Origin: an uncultured delta proteobacterium
Lineage (GTDB): Bacteria > Desulfobacterota > Desulfomonilia > Desulfomonilales > Desulfomonilaceae
Direction: 5' to 3'
Assembly (NCBI GenBank): GCA_963789265.1
Contig: CAWBKB010000001.1
Location: forward strand, 2,272,001-2,336,000
Length of the DNA: 64,000 nt
The notes under the pieces are model-generated. The model did no database searches. It was given only the letters and a program-made list of their open reading frames with translations, and was not told where the DNA came from. A program made the position numbers and the translations under genes. Below, one piece after another: positions 9,943 to 21,088 of the stretch; position 1 is the first letter of the stretch, and every line of letters begins with the position of its first letter.

Positions 9943-10864
9943 ATGGACAAACGAATTGTCACAGCGGCCATTACAGGAAGCATTCACACGCCGACAATGT
10001 CCCCACACTTGCCGATCACTCCGGATCAAATTGTCGAAGAGGCGGTGCGGGCCTACAACGCGGGCGCGGCAGTGGCTCATATTCACGCTCGCGATCCGAA
10101 AACCGGCATGCCTTCGGCAGATGTGAACCTATATCAGGAGATAGCATCCAAGGTGAAAAGCAGGTGCAACATAATTCTGTGCATTACCACGGGAGGCGGA
10201 TACGGAATGACCGTGGAACAGAGGGTGCGAACCGTTCCCTTGCTGAAGCCCGAATTGGCGTCTTGTAATTTCGGTTCGGTGAACTTTGCGTTGTTCCCCG
10301 TGCTCGATATGTATAGCCAATTTGAATATCAATGGGAAAAAGAATTCTTGGCTGCGTCCGAAGATCACATTTTCTCCAACACATTTAAGATGTTGAGAGA
10401 ATCCTTGCCGCTCTTCCAGGAAAGCGGGACTCTGCCTGAATTGGAGATCTACGATGTGGGCATGATCAACAATGCGGCTTTCATGTTAAGCAAAGGACAA
10501 TTGAAAAGACCCGTTTATATGCAATTTGTGATGGGAATACTCGGCGGTATTCAACCGACTCCCGACAATTTGATGTTCATGTACAAATCGGCAAAAGAAA
10601 CTCATAGGCGACTTCACATGGTCGGTTTGCGCGGCAGGAAAACAGCAGTTCAACATGTGCACCCTGTCTTTGGTTATGGGGGGCAACGTTCGAGTCGGCC
10701 TGGAGGACAATCTTTACCTCGGAAGAGGGGTTAAAGCTAAGAGCAACGCCGAGCAAGTTGAAAAGATAATACGCATGGCACGTGAGCTTGGTTTAGAGCC
10801 CGCGTCCCCCGACGAAGCCAGACAGATTCTCGGTCTCAAGGGGTTGGACAAGGTTGCCTTCTAA
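9943..10864 (+). CDS. Beta-keto acid cleavage enzyme (BKACE / 3-keto-5-aminohexanoate cleavage family), apparent frameshift near 10595
   Basis: TAAITGS, AGAAVAHIHARD, ITTGG and PELEIYD. The C-terminus GGNVRVGLEDN is in a second frame (10655-10864). Confidence 0.9.
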
Positions 10865-10929
10865 AGGGAAGGCGGCGCCATTGAGTCGAATCAGAAATAG
10901 GAACTATTCACTTGGGAAAAGTCCATGTC

Positions 10930-11002
10930 CGTCATTCCGGCGAAGGACGGACCACGGTCGCGTGGCTACGCTGGACGGACCCCGGCCTTCGCTGGGTGAC
11001 GG
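10930..11002. repeat. REP-like palindrome between convergent genes
   Basis: cgtcattccggcgaagg ... ccttcgctgggtgacg inverted repeat. Confidence 0.6.
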
Positions 11003-11122
11003 TCTTATTGACCGCGAACGATGCGGTTCCCCCGCGTATGGCGAGGTCACCAGCATCCTACCGGCATCTTTGCTGTACGACGCTGCTCACTCGGGAGTAA
11101 TGGAGCCCATCGTGCCCCCCAC

Positions 11123-12352
11123 CTACCCCTCTGTCAATCGTGAGGCATCTCCACCCTGAAACGGCCCGGATGGGGAACTTGTGGCCAGCACCACGCTGAG
11201 GATCGCGGCCACGAACGCCAAACCAGCGCTTGCCAGGAAGTACCCGTGATAGTTCAAATGGGCCACCAATACGCCACCAACCACCGGGCCTAGGAAAAAT
11301 CCGGCTTGCACGGCGAAAAGCATCAGGTTTGCGTTGAGGGAACGGAAACGGACAGGCGAGACCTGGAACATCAACCCGTTGATCGCGGGATAACCCAAGC
11401 CCATGCCGAGCCCGAAGATAATCCCCGCCAGCGGCACGGCCCACGTACCCGGAAGGTGGTCGAGCGTCAGGTGTCCTACGGCAATAATGATGAAGCAGAT
11501 TCCCACCATCCGTGCTTTGTCGATGACGTCGAACAGCCGTCCGACTACGAGGCGAATGACTATCATTGTCATCATCTGTACCGTGAAAAAAGCCCCCACA
11601 TTTGCGAGCCCCTGCTGCTGCGCGAACCCTTTGAAAAGGAAGAAAAGGCTGCTCCAGTTGGCGAAGTAGCTCACGTTCAGCAGGAGCAGCAATGCTATCT
11701 GTAGCTGCGTCACATTGGCCCGGATGTCGGCCCAGGCAGGCAAACGTCCCTCTGTGAGTGCGACCCCCAGCCGCTCCCGGTGGCGCATGCGTATCCGCCA
11801 GACGATCCATGCCGCAGGGAGCAGCGAAATCGTTGCGGCAGCATACCCATAGGGCGGGCTAGGTATGAACGTCGCCAGCGTGTCCATCACCGCGGGAACT
11901 CCTGCGTAAGCAAGCAGTATGGCCACAGAATAGAGTCCGAAGGCTTGGCCGCTCTTTTCGGGAGGGATGACGTACACGAAGAACGCCATCGCACCCGCGC
12001 TCGTGCAAAACTGACCGGCGCCGTTGAGCGTGCGCAATGCCATCAGCCCCCAGAAGGAGTGAACGACAAAATAGCCGAAGCCGCAGGCTGCCATCAGTAC
12101 CATACCCAACAGCATGATACGCGGTGCGTTAGTCGTGTTAAGAAAGGGGCTCCCCACCAAATAGAGAATCATGGCGGTCAGCGAATAGATGCCAATCACC
12201 AGTCCGCGCAGGGAAGCGTCTATTCCGAGGGTCTGCAGGTAGTTGAAAAGATTGTAGAAGACGCTAACGTTGCAGACAGCCAGGAATGCTACCAGGCACA
12301 GGCCGACAAACTCGAACGTCAATAGCTTACGGGGTTCAGTCATGACATGCAT
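11123..12352 (-). CDS. MFS transporter
   Basis: 409 aa with about 12 hydrophobic segments; LRTLNGAG and GRLFDVIDK loop motifs. Confidence 0.85.
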   Translation of the reverse strand: MHVMTEPRKLLTFEFVGLCLVAFLAVCNVSVFYNLFNYLQTLGIDASLRGLVIGIYSLTAMILYLVGSPFLNTTNAPRIMLLGMVLMAACGFGYFVVHSFWGLMALRTLNGAGQFCTSAGAMAFFVYVIPPEKSGQAFGLYSVAILLAYAGVPAVMDTLATFIPSPPYGYAAATISLLPAAWIVWRIRMRHRERLGVALTEGRLPAWADIRANVTQLQIALLLLLNVSYFANWSSLFFLFKGFAQQQGLANVGAFFTVQMMTMIVIRLVVGRLFDVIDKARMVGICFIIIAVGHLTLDHLPGTWAVPLAGIIFGLGMGLGYPAINGLMFQVSPVRFRSLNANLMLFAVQAGFFLGPVVGGVLVAHLNYHGYFLASAGLAFVAAILSVVLATSSPSGPFQGGDASRLTEG

Positions 12353-12526
12353 CTTATCGCAGAGTTTCGCTTCAGCAAAATGAGGTGTACCGCCGTGTCA
12401 AGACAAAGCGCATATTATCACGCCACACGCGCATTGTAAGCCGGCCATGTCCTCCAATTCAAAGAGAATTCCCATGAGGTTACAATATATGGGAGTCTAG
12501 CCAACGCATTTGATAGCAATGCGCCA

Positions 12527-12765
12527 TCAAACAGGTGACAATCCCGGCGAGGATATGGAGGGCAGGCATCCTGCCTGCCAGTCTTCACACCGGACTTCGA
12601 TCCGGGGTAGCGCCGGCGTCCCTGCCGGCGATTCGCGAACAACCGGCACAGAGGCCGGTCCTACTGGATGCCCGCGTACGCGGGCATGACGACAGGCAAT
12701 CACGCCCGGGCGTGACTGTCCCACTAAAAACACGCTGTCACTCGTTTGAAAGCCGATCCGTATGA
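12527..12765. repeat. Miniature inverted-repeat element carrying REP-like palindromes; shares modules with the copy near 33766-33922
   Basis: Ends tcaaacaggtgaca / tgtcactcgtttga, with internal gatgcccgcgtacgcgggcatgacgaca also seen near 33828. Confidence 0.65.
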
Positions 12766-12813
12766 GAACGGGTTGGGGACTTCCTGTACCGAAATGAGTG
12801 CTCGACCGCTGCA

Positions 12814-13650
12814 TCAGATGAAAATCTGAGTGTAGGGACGTTCGTTCATCTTTTCGGCCAGCTTTCTTATCCGTTCTTCTACCTGAGCCGGAGTGATTTT
12901 TGGCTCAATGGCATGTTCAGGACAAAGGCGGATACAGTTAAAACAATCGAAACACTCTGAACCGAATTGTGGATACGGGTCCAAGGTGATGGCCTCAGCC
13001 GGGCATTCGTCCATGCACGTTTGGCACTGATTGCACTTCGTTTCATTCAATGACCTGGGAGTGGCGGCGCGTGGACCTGTGAGGCCTTCTTTCAGCTCAA
13101 CAGCTCTTTGTTCCGGCTGGTAATCCAGCGTACTGAGCGGAAGGCCGACATTGCCATCCATGACTCGGCTGAAGACCGCACTTACAAGTTTGTGTACCGC
13201 CATATCGTCGTCATCGTCGGGATGTCCTTGACCCAATGGGTTGTCACCCCACATGAATGAATGCACACCCAGCACTTTGGCCGCACCGGCCAAGGTGAGC
13301 CCTTTTTGCACCAGGCTGCGCCCCATTTGCCATAGGGCAATGCCACTGGATGCACCTCCCCATGTGACAAACGGGGCTGCGAAGCCCCCATCGAATTTTG
13401 GGAGCGCTTCGACAAACTGCATGACCGGAGGCACTGCCTGACCCATGTAAACGGGTGAGCCGACGAAGAGGCAGAGGTTCTGACGTGCTGTTTGCATCAA
13501 ATCCAAAACACGCGACCAATCATGTTCTCTTCCTAAATCCAGCGTATGAGTCCCGACACGGCGTTTCGTCAGCTCCTGTTGTATCACATCAGCAACGTGC
13601 TTCGTTGATCCGGCAGGGGAACAAAAGGCAATAAAGAATAGTCTTTCCAT
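12814..13650 (-). CDS. EFR1-like flavodoxin-fold / 2[4Fe-4S] ferredoxin protein
   Basis: SPAGSTKHVA and GSPVY flavodoxin motifs, plus CNQCQTCMDECP and CFDCFNCIRLCP. Confidence 0.85.
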   Translation of the reverse strand: MERLFFIAFCSPAGSTKHVADVIQQELTKRRVGTHTLDLGREHDWSRVLDLMQTARQNLCLFVGSPVYMGQAVPPVMQFVEALPKFDGGFAAPFVTWGGASSGIALWQMGRSLVQKGLTLAGAAKVLGVHSFMWGDNPLGQGHPDDDDDMAVHKLVSAVFSRVMDGNVGLPLSTLDYQPEQRAVELKEGLTGPRAATPRSLNETKCNQCQTCMDECPAEAITLDPYPQFGSECFDCFNCIRLCPEHAIEPKITPAQVEERIRKLAEKMNERPYTQIFI

Positions 13651-13672
13651 TGCTGCTTTTCTGCATCTCCTC

Positions 13673-14143
13673 TCATGAGTTAACATCAATCCATTGCTTG
13701 TCGCTCGCCCTCAGTTGGTACAGCCCCTGACTGGTAGCGACGACAGTTCCCGAACCATCCTTGAGTTCCGCGCGCAGAACAAACTCCGCCTTGCCGTTGT
13801 CCGAGATTTCGCGGACTATTCGATCGACTTCCTCCTGTGCAAGCGAGATTTCGGTGGTTACATCGGACTGGGCTGGACGAATGAATTTGATCGTTAGTTC
13901 CTTAATTATCGGATAGCATTTCGTGGGATCAAAGGTGGTCAGAATCAGTGCACCACCCGGAATCTCGGCAAGCGTGAAAAGGGCGCCTGCATACATGCTG
14001 CCGATGTGGTTTTCGTTCCCTCGGAGCGGAGCCCACAGCTTGACGTATCCTGGGGTCAACTCCAGGACCTTGAGTCCCATGCGTTCCACGAAGGCAATTT
14101 TTTTCTCTACAAGCTCCTTCAGGATTTCGGGAGAGAGCGCCAT
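13673..14143 (-). CDS. Hotdog-fold thioesterase (PaaI/YiiD-like)
   Basis: NENHIGSMYAGALFTLAE and IKFIRPA. ATG 14143 has an AAGGAG RBS. Confidence 0.85.
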   Translation of the reverse strand: MALSPEILKELVEKKIAFVERMGLKVLELTPGYVKLWAPLRGNENHIGSMYAGALFTLAEIPGGALILTTFDPTKCYPIIKELTIKFIRPAQSDVTTEISLAQEEVDRIVREISDNGKAEFVLRAELKDGSGTVVATSQGLYQLRASDKQWIDVNS

Positions 14144-14175
14144 GTCTTGCTCCTTGTGAGATCTCCGATCCAGTC

Positions 14176-14416
14176 GTAGGGGCACCTCTCGTGGGTGCCC
14201 TGATAGTGTTCTGGTTCCCAAGCTCTGCCTGGGAATCCATATGTCGCGGGCTCTGCCCGCAAACTGCCTTTAGTTCGGTATCATATTCGAGGCAGAGCTT
14301 CGAGGGCAGGCATTCCCAGGCAGAGCCTGTGAACGAAAAAATCCCTTCGAAGCGTGCCCCGTCGCCATTCCCACGTACACGTGAATCCATTGTGGGGGCG
14401 CCTCTCGTGGGTGCCC
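14176..14416. repeat. Cluster of REP-like palindromes
   Basis: gtaggggcacctctcgtgggtgccc at 14176, a near copy at about 14392, and ttcccaagctctgcctgggaa / ttcccaggcagagcctg in between. Confidence 0.6.
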
Positions 14417-14436
14417 GCAAGAGGGCAGACACTGAG

Positions 14437-15981
14437 CTACGCACCCAGCGTCGCCCCTCGGTCTTTGAACCTGTCCCGAAGCTGGTACTTCATCACTTTG
14501 CCGGAGACATTCACTGGTAGGGCCTCCACAATCTCCATGAGCCTCGGAATCTTGTAATCTGCCAGCCGTGTCTTGAGGAACTCTCTTAGTTCCTCGAAAG
14601 TTAGCTGTTGCTCCGGAGCCAGTGTGACGACTGCCATCACCGTTTCTCCCCACCCCGGGTGGGGTACTCCGATGACGGCAGCCATGCCAATCTTCGGATG
14701 CTCGAACAGAGCGTCCTCCACCTCCTTGGAGTACACGTTTTCCCCGCCTGTGATGATCATGTCCTTCTTCCGGTCGACTAGCGTGATATATCCTTCGTCA
14801 TCCAGCACTCCCAGATCGCCCGTATAGACCCAGCCATCCTGAATGGTCTCGGCTGTAGCCTGGGGGTTCTTGTAGTATTCCTTCATGGTAGTCTCGCCCT
14901 TGATGACCAACTCACCCACCACCTCCGGTTTGGTGATAGTGTTTTTCTGTTCGTCGACGAGCCGCGTCTCCATATTCACTATGTATTTGCCGCCTGCGCC
15001 CGCTTTACGGACCTGGTCCTTGGGGTATAGGGCTATTCCGCCAGGGCCGCCCTCGGTCAACCCGCACAGACAGTAGAAGTTCGTGGTCTTGAATTTATCG
15101 ATCATTTGCCTGATCGACTCTGGAGCCATCGGTGCCGCGCCATACCCGAAATACCGTACTGACGACAAATCGTACTCGTCGAAGTTCGGGACCTGCATCA
15201 GCATCAAATACATGATCGGAGCGCCGAAAAACTGCGTAGTCTTTTCCTTTTGGATCATCTCAAGCACCTGGTTCGGGATAAAGTCCTTCATGATTACGTG
15301 GGTACAACCCATGTAGGTGCCGGGATTGAGGTACAGGTTGAGCTCCGCGGAGTGGAACATCGGGGCGACATGCAGAATACGATCATCCTGATTGAGTGCA
15401 TAGATGGAACACACTGTAGTGGTCCCGACCATCTGGCTATGATGCACCAGTACTGCCCCTTTGGGCCGTCCTGTTGTTCCCGAAGTGTAGATGATCTCGC
15501 TCTCGGCAAACTCGTCCACTTCGATACCCGGGTCCGATGAATTCCCCGAAGCCATAATTTCTTCAATCGGATCGCATCCGTCGAACCTGCCGGGTCCTGC
15601 CGATACGAAGTAATTGATCTTGCTCAGCCGCGCTTTCATTGCCATGACCGCTGGCTCGAAAACATCGTCGAAGATCACGGCTACGGCGTCGCAATTATCC
15701 AAAATGTATTCGGCTTCCGGCGGGGCCAAGCGGAAGTTGACCGGTACGGCAACTGCGCCGGTCTTGACGATGCCGTAGAACGCGATAACGAACAGGTCCG
15801 AGTTGAACATCCACATGGCCACCTTGTCGCCTTGTTTCACCCCCGCCTTTATGAGAGAGTTGGCAACCGTGTTGACCCGGTCGTCCACCTCGGCCCAAGA
15901 ATAGCGTTTGTCCTGATAGACGATCCCTTCCTTGTCAGGAACTGTACGCTTGTTCCGTGCGACGAGTCCTCCGAGATGCAT
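14437..15981 (-). CDS. Long-chain acyl-CoA synthetase (AMP-binding family)
   Basis: YTSGTTGRPKG, GLTEG, YTGDLG, DRKKDMIITGGENVY and SGKV motifs. Confidence 0.93.
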   Translation of the reverse strand: MHLGGLVARNKRTVPDKEGIVYQDKRYSWAEVDDRVNTVANSLIKAGVKQGDKVAMWMFNSDLFVIAFYGIVKTGAVAVPVNFRLAPPEAEYILDNCDAVAVIFDDVFEPAVMAMKARLSKINYFVSAGPGRFDGCDPIEEIMASGNSSDPGIEVDEFAESEIIYTSGTTGRPKGAVLVHHSQMVGTTTVCSIYALNQDDRILHVAPMFHSAELNLYLNPGTYMGCTHVIMKDFIPNQVLEMIQKEKTTQFFGAPIMYLMLMQVPNFDEYDLSSVRYFGYGAAPMAPESIRQMIDKFKTTNFYCLCGLTEGGPGGIALYPKDQVRKAGAGGKYIVNMETRLVDEQKNTITKPEVVGELVIKGETTMKEYYKNPQATAETIQDGWVYTGDLGVLDDEGYITLVDRKKDMIITGGENVYSKEVEDALFEHPKIGMAAVIGVPHPGWGETVMAVVTLAPEQQLTFEELREFLKTRLADYKIPRLMEIVEALPVNVSGKVMKYQLRDRFKDRGATLGA

Positions 15982-16048
15982 AGCTAAACCTCCTTTTGTC
16001 CGGCGTTCTGATGCGATTCGACCAGTGTGACACCATTTCGCATTCATA

Positions 16049-16092
16049 ATCCCCCCTTCCCCCCCCTTACTAAAGGGGGGTTAGAGGGGATT
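16049..16092. repeat. C-rich/G-rich palindrome
   Basis: atccccccttccccccccttactaaaggggggttagaggggat. Confidence 0.55.
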
Positions 16093-16147
16093 TTTCGCAT
16101 AATTTTGAATGCGAATGGTGTAAAAGCCTCGGACGTGAGTACCCGAC

Positions 16148-17289
16148 TTACAGACCCATGAACTTCGCGGCAATAGTCTTCATGATTTCGTTTGTTCCCG
16201 CGAAGATGGACATGACCCGCACATCCCGCCATGCTCGTGCCACGGGGTATTCCTCGCAGTACCCGTACCCCCCGTGAAGTTGGAGACATCCATCGATAAC
16301 TCTTTTGGCCATGTCTGTGATCCAGAACTTGGCCATGGAAACGTCGAGAACCACGTTCCGTCCTTCAATATGCTCCACAAGGAGCTTGTCCAAGAAGGTG
16401 CGGCCCAGTTTCACATCTGTAGCCATTTCCACGATCCTGAACTGAGTGTTCTGGAACTTGGAGATTGGTTTTCCGAAGGCGCTACGCTCCTTACAGTACG
16501 TGATGGTCATTTCAGAACCCGTTCTGCGAGGGCCTGTGCACCGATGGCGCAGACGAGCCGCTCCTGTTGGAGCTTCTCCATAAGCATTAGGAATCCTGAA
16601 CCCTTATCACCGAGCCGGTTGCTCTTGGGAACCCGGCAGTCGCTGAAAAAGAGTTCCGCTGTGTCCTGGCTATGCCAACCAACCTTCTTCAGTTTCCGAC
16701 CTTTCTCGAACCCGGGCATGCCTGCCTCCACGACATACAGATCTACTGCTTTGTGAGGATTCTCGACAGACGGGTCCTTTGCGGCCAGTACGACAAGGTC
16801 GCAGATAATGCCATTGCTGATGAAGGTCTTCTGGCCGTTAATGACGACGTAGTCCCCGTCATCCACCGCAGCGGTGCGCATGGACGCGAGGTCGCTTCCC
16901 GCATTGGGCTCTGTCATGGCAACAGCGGTTATGGTGTCGCCGGAAATGCAGCCCGGTAGATACTTCCGTTTGAGATCGTCGGAGCCATAAGACAAAATGT
17001 ACGGAACCACTATGTCGCTGTGTAAGGCGGCCAACAGACCGAAGTGATTGCTCTTGGCCAACTCCTCCATCAGGATCGCCGAATATAAGAAGTCAGCCCC
17101 GAGGCCGCCGTATTCCTCCGGGACCTGCATGCACAAGAATCCGTTTTCCCCCATCTTCTTCCAAGCGGATCTGGGAACGATGCCGGCTTCCTCCCACTCC
17201 TCCACATGCGGGGTGACTTCCCTGGCAAAGAATTTTTTCACGGAATCCCTGAATATTCTGTGATCTTCAGTATAAGGTAGAATCTCCAT
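16148..17289 (-). CDS. Acyl-CoA dehydrogenase, apparent frameshift near 16510
   Basis: AMTEPNAGSDL, GQKTFISNG and QDTAELFF in one frame. R-AFGKPISKFQ, QLHGGYGY and IFAGTNEI in the adjoining frame. Confidence 0.92.
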
Positions 17290-17404
17290 TGATCATCTCC
17301 TCAAGAGGTAAACCCCAATTCAATAAATTCCGACCATGCGACCGCCGGTACAGGAGCTAAGCCACGAACGGGACCAAATCGTCAGCCCGAACTCTGAGCC
17401 GGTG

Positions 17405-17522
17405 GTAGGTCGGGCCATGCCCGACGTCCCACGTTAGCAAGAGCGGCCACGGGCCGCCCTACCGCATTCTAGATTGGCGGGACAGCCTACCGCTGAAGGA
17501 CGGGCAAGATGCCCATCCCCAC
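17405..17522. repeat. REP-like repeats
   Basis: gtaggtcgggccatgcccgacgtcc... recurs at about 33766; gacgggcaagatgcccatcccc recurs at about 24429 and 54583. Confidence 0.65.
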
Positions 17523-17563
17523 TAAGATCCCCATTGCCACCAGGTCAATTTCTCTTTCCGTGG

Positions 17564-19234
17564 TCACTTTGGAGAATCGCCGTAAGCGCCCTTGTGCTCT
17601 TCCCGAATCACCTTCTTGTTGATTTTTCCGACGCTGGTCTTCGGTATGGAATCCACGAACTCAACTATGTCAGGAAGCTGCCACTTGGCGAATTTCTTGC
17701 TCAGATGGTTTCGGATCTCGTCTGCATCGACTCCGCCCCGGCTCTCCGGACGCAGGACTACGAGGGCCAGAGGACGCTCCTGCCATTTGGGATGTGGCAC
17801 GCCCACAACGGCAGCCTCCAATACGCCTGGATGAGACACGATCTCGTTTTCCATGTCCACCGAGGAAATCCATTCTCCGCCGCTCTTTATGACGTCCTTG
17901 ACGCGATCCGTGATTTTCACATACCCCTCGGCATCAATGGTGCCCACGTCGCCGCTGCGCCAGTATCCGTCCTGGGTAAATTGAGTCTCCGAGCCGGGGG
18001 CGTTGTAATAACACGATGTGATCCAAGGCCCTCGGATGAGAACTTCGCCTTGTGTCTGTCCGTCCGGTGGGACTTGATTTCCTGAACTGTCAATCACCGT
18101 GAGGTCCAGGCCCACGACGCAATATCCCTGTTTTCGCTTTTGATCCCACCGTTCTTCTTCCGTCAGGGTGCTCTCCATCCACGGCTTGATCCGGTTTATG
18201 GTCGCCAACGGGGTGGATTCCGTTGCCCCGTACGCGTGAATGACCTCCGCACCGGTCAAATCGGCAAAGCCTTTCATCATTGCGACCGGCGGTTCGGTAG
18301 CCCCTGACAGGAGTCTCACTCCACTCAGGTCCGGCTTCGGGTCGAGGGTTCGAATGTATTCCAGAAAAGGCATGAATATGGCCGGCGCCCCAGCGCTCAC
18401 GGTGACTTTTTCTTTCACGAAAAGCTCTGCGAGAGTGCCAAGCGTGTCCAGAGTGTACATGCCTGAAAAAACCTGTCTGCAGCCGACCAGGGTAGCTGCC
18501 TGGGCCGTGCCCCATCCCAGGGCGTGGAACATGGGCACAATTTGGAGGCTGCAATCCCGCATGGTTGTTTCGCAGTTCAAAGCGATGGCACAGCTATGCA
18601 GATATACATTCCGGTGGGAGTAGTAGACTCCTTTCGGCTTGCCGGTGGTACCTGTGGTGTAACACGCAGCGTACGCGGATTTCTCATCAAGGTCGGGCCA
18701 GTCATAGGACGGCGAAGCCTGGGCAAGGATCTCCTCGTAAGACCATACATTCGGAAGCTGTTCTTTGAACTCATCGATCTTCCTGGACGTGATTACCACG
18801 TACCCCTTGACCTGCGGGCACAGGGGAGCAATTGCCTTCGCAATAGGAACGAGCAACTCATCGACGATAATGAGAGAAGCTCCTGCATGGTTCACCACGT
18901 AGGACAAATCCGCGGGAGACAGGCGGAGGTTCAGCGTGAGCATGACCGCACCCATCCCGGGAACCCCGAAGTAGATTTCGTAGTTCTCGTGAGTATTCCA
19001 AGCGAGAACCCCCACTCTGTCCCCCACCTTGACCTCCAGTCCAGCCAAGGCATTGGCCAATCGACCAACGCGATCGTAAGCCTGGCGGTAGGTGTATCGG
19101 AAAATTGTCCCGTCGTGTTTCCGGCTCGCTATCTCCTGGTCAGCGAAGTTTCGAGCCGCGTGCCTGATGATGTTGGTCACATTGAGTTGATAACCGTCCT
19201 GAGACGTTGCCGGGAATCCGTGTACAAGACTCAT
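17564..19234 (-). CDS. Fatty-acid--CoA ligase (AlkK/DmdB-like)
   Basis: [46 protein letters not shown] and KTSVGK motifs. Confidence 0.93.
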   Translation of the reverse strand: MSLVHGFPATSQDGYQLNVTNIIRHAARNFADQEIASRKHDGTIFRYTYRQAYDRVGRLANALAGLEVKVGDRVGVLAWNTHENYEIYFGVPGMGAVMLTLNLRLSPADLSYVVNHAGASLIIVDELLVPIAKAIAPLCPQVKGYVVITSRKIDEFKEQLPNVWSYEEILAQASPSYDWPDLDEKSAYAACYTTGTTGKPKGVYYSHRNVYLHSCAIALNCETTMRDCSLQIVPMFHALGWGTAQAATLVGCRQVFSGMYTLDTLGTLAELFVKEKVTVSAGAPAIFMPFLEYIRTLDPKPDLSGVRLLSGATEPPVAMMKGFADLTGAEVIHAYGATESTPLATINRIKPWMESTLTEEERWDQKRKQGYCVVGLDLTVIDSSGNQVPPDGQTQGEVLIRGPWITSCYYNAPGSETQFTQDGYWRSGDVGTIDAEGYVKITDRVKDVIKSGGEWISSVDMENEIVSHPGVLEAAVVGVPHPKWQERPLALVVLRPESRGGVDADEIRNHLSKKFAKWQLPDIVEFVDSIPKTSVGKINKKVIREEHKGAYGDSPK

Positions 19235-19258
19235 TGCAGCTTCTCCTTCCCTGGTTGC

Positions 19259-19900
19259 TTATTCCGATGCTTCCGTTATTCCCCGGAAGACAAGTTCACA
19301 GAGCCGATCAGAAGCCTCATCAGGATTTAGTGTGCGGTGGAAAAGAACGCTGGGGAGGCACGTATGTTCAATTCCCCCCAGAATGAGCTGCCTAATAGGC
19401 GTCGCGGGGATGTCCCTGCGGATGGAACCTTCCGCTTGCCCTTCCCCGATGATTCCCATAAGAAGACTAGTATACCGTTTCACGGTCTCGTATGCGGCGC
19501 TGCTGAAGTAATCCGGGTGGTTTCTGACCTCCAAGAGAAGTATCCGCGAGAGGACCTTACTATGAGCGTACAGAGTGATATGCATCCGTATCAGTTTGCG
19601 AAGCTTATTCAAAGCTCCTGAGATATCGGATAGCTCCTTTTCCAATGGAATGAGGTAGAAATCCACGTAGTCGGAAAGAACCGCGTGCAGCACATCCCGT
19701 TTGTCCTTGAAGTACTTGTAGATAAGCCCTTCGGTAACCCCCGCGGTGGCGGCGAGTTCCGATACGGTGATCGAAGCGAACCCTTTCAGTTCCAGCAGTA
19801 CTTTGAGGGCCTCCATGATTTTGACCTTGCCCGGGGGAAGCTTCTTTTTCGAAGAACCAGGGACTTCATTGCGGTCCGTCATGGCCACGCCTTTGCTCAT
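19259..19900 (-). CDS. TetR/AcrR family regulator (FadR/YsiA-like)
   Basis: HTH ITVSELAATAGVTEGLIYKYFKDK. The start overlaps the thiolase stop codon. Confidence 0.9.
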   Translation of the reverse strand: MSKGVAMTDRNEVPGSSKKKLPPGKVKIMEALKVLLELKGFASITVSELAATAGVTEGLIYKYFKDKRDVLHAVLSDYVDFYLIPLEKELSDISGALNKLRKLIRMHITLYAHSKVLSRILLLEVRNHPDYFSSAAYETVKRYTSLLMGIIGEGQAEGSIRRDIPATPIRQLILGGIEHTCLPSVLFHRTLNPDEASDRLCELVFRGITEASE

Positions 19901-21078
19901 AGTCGCTCAATGACCGTAGCCGGTGCCATTCCGCCGCCGGTGCAGAGAGTGACGAGGCCGTACCTCCCTTGGGTCCTCTCGAGTTCGTGCAGGCACGTAA
20001 CCACGAGCCGGGACCCTGAATTTCCCACCGGATGTCCCAGGGCTATTGCCCCGCCGTTGGGATTGACACGTTCCCAGTCCGGTTTGTATTCGCGGCCCCA
20101 GGCCAGAGGAACGGATGCAAAAGCTTCGTTTATCTCTACCTCGCTAACCTCGTCGAGACGGAGGCCGGCCATCTTGAGTACCTTCCGGGTGGCTGGAATA
20201 GGCCCGGTGAGCATCATTACCGGGTCCGCTCCTGCAACGGCCGATGCAACTATCCTTGCCCGCGGCTTCAATCCAAGTTCCTTTGCCTTGCGGCCGGACA
20301 CGATCAGAATCGCCGATGATCCATCGGTTATTGGACTGGAATTGCCGGCCGTAATGACTTTGGTGCCGAACACGGTCTTAAGACCAGACAGCGCTTCCAT
20401 CGACGTATCGGGTCGAACGGTCTCGTCCCGCGTGAACAATCGTTCCTCGCCGTCAGTGCCCTTGATCCTTACCGGCACTATTTCCCGGTCGAACCTGCCC
20501 TCAAGCTGGGCTCGATGGGCTCGCTGGTGACTCCGCAGGGCAAATGAATCCAATTCCTCTTTGGGAATGCCCCATTTCTCGGCGATCAGTTCAGCAGCTT
20601 GTCCCTGATCGACGAACTTACCGCCGGTACGCTTCAGATATGCCGGTCCCAACGGCATTCCAGCCGGCTGACCGTTCGCCAGAGTCAGATTCAGCCACTC
20701 CGCGGCAATAGCGTACTTGCTCATGACCTCGCAGCCGCATGCGATCATGCAATCGCGCCAACCAACCATGACCTGGGCTGCGCAGAAATTGACAGCAGTG
20801 AGACTGGACCCGCACTGTCTGTTTATGGATACTCCAGGGGTGTCGTCAGGAAATCCCGCAGCAAGGACCGCCATTCGAGCCAGTGTGAATCCCTGCTCGC
20901 CCACCTGCGTGACGGTGCCGCCAACCACGTCCTCCACCTGAGCGGAGTCTACTCCCACTCGATCTACTACTTCCCTCAGGGCCAATCCCAGCAGCTCATC
21001 GGCTCGGAAGTTCGCAAGACTTCCATTCCTTTTTCCTATGGGCGTTCTTACGGCACTGACTATGAATGCTTCCTGCAT
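19897..21078 (-). CDS. Thiolase (acetyl-CoA C-acyltransferase)
   Basis: RTPIG, NRQCGSS, NEAF, GHPVG and CTGGG catalytic motifs. Confidence 0.94.
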   Translation of the reverse strand: MQEAFIVSAVRTPIGKRNGSLANFRADELLGLALREVVDRVGVDSAQVEDVVGGTVTQVGEQGFTLARMAVLAAGFPDDTPGVSINRQCGSSLTAVNFCAAQVMVGWRDCMIACGCEVMSKYAIAAEWLNLTLANGQPAGMPLGPAYLKRTGGKFVDQGQAAELIAEKWGIPKEELDSFALRSHQRAHRAQLEGRFDREIVPVRIKGTDGEERLFTRDETVRPDTSMEALSGLKTVFGTKVITAGNSSPITDGSSAILIVSGRKAKELGLKPRARIVASAVAGADPVMMLTGPIPATRKVLKMAGLRLDEVSEVEINEAFASVPLAWGREYKPDWERVNPNGGAIALGHPVGNSGSRLVVTCLHELERTQGRYGLVTLCTGGGMAPATVIERL

Positions 21079-21088
21079 AGCTCCTCCA

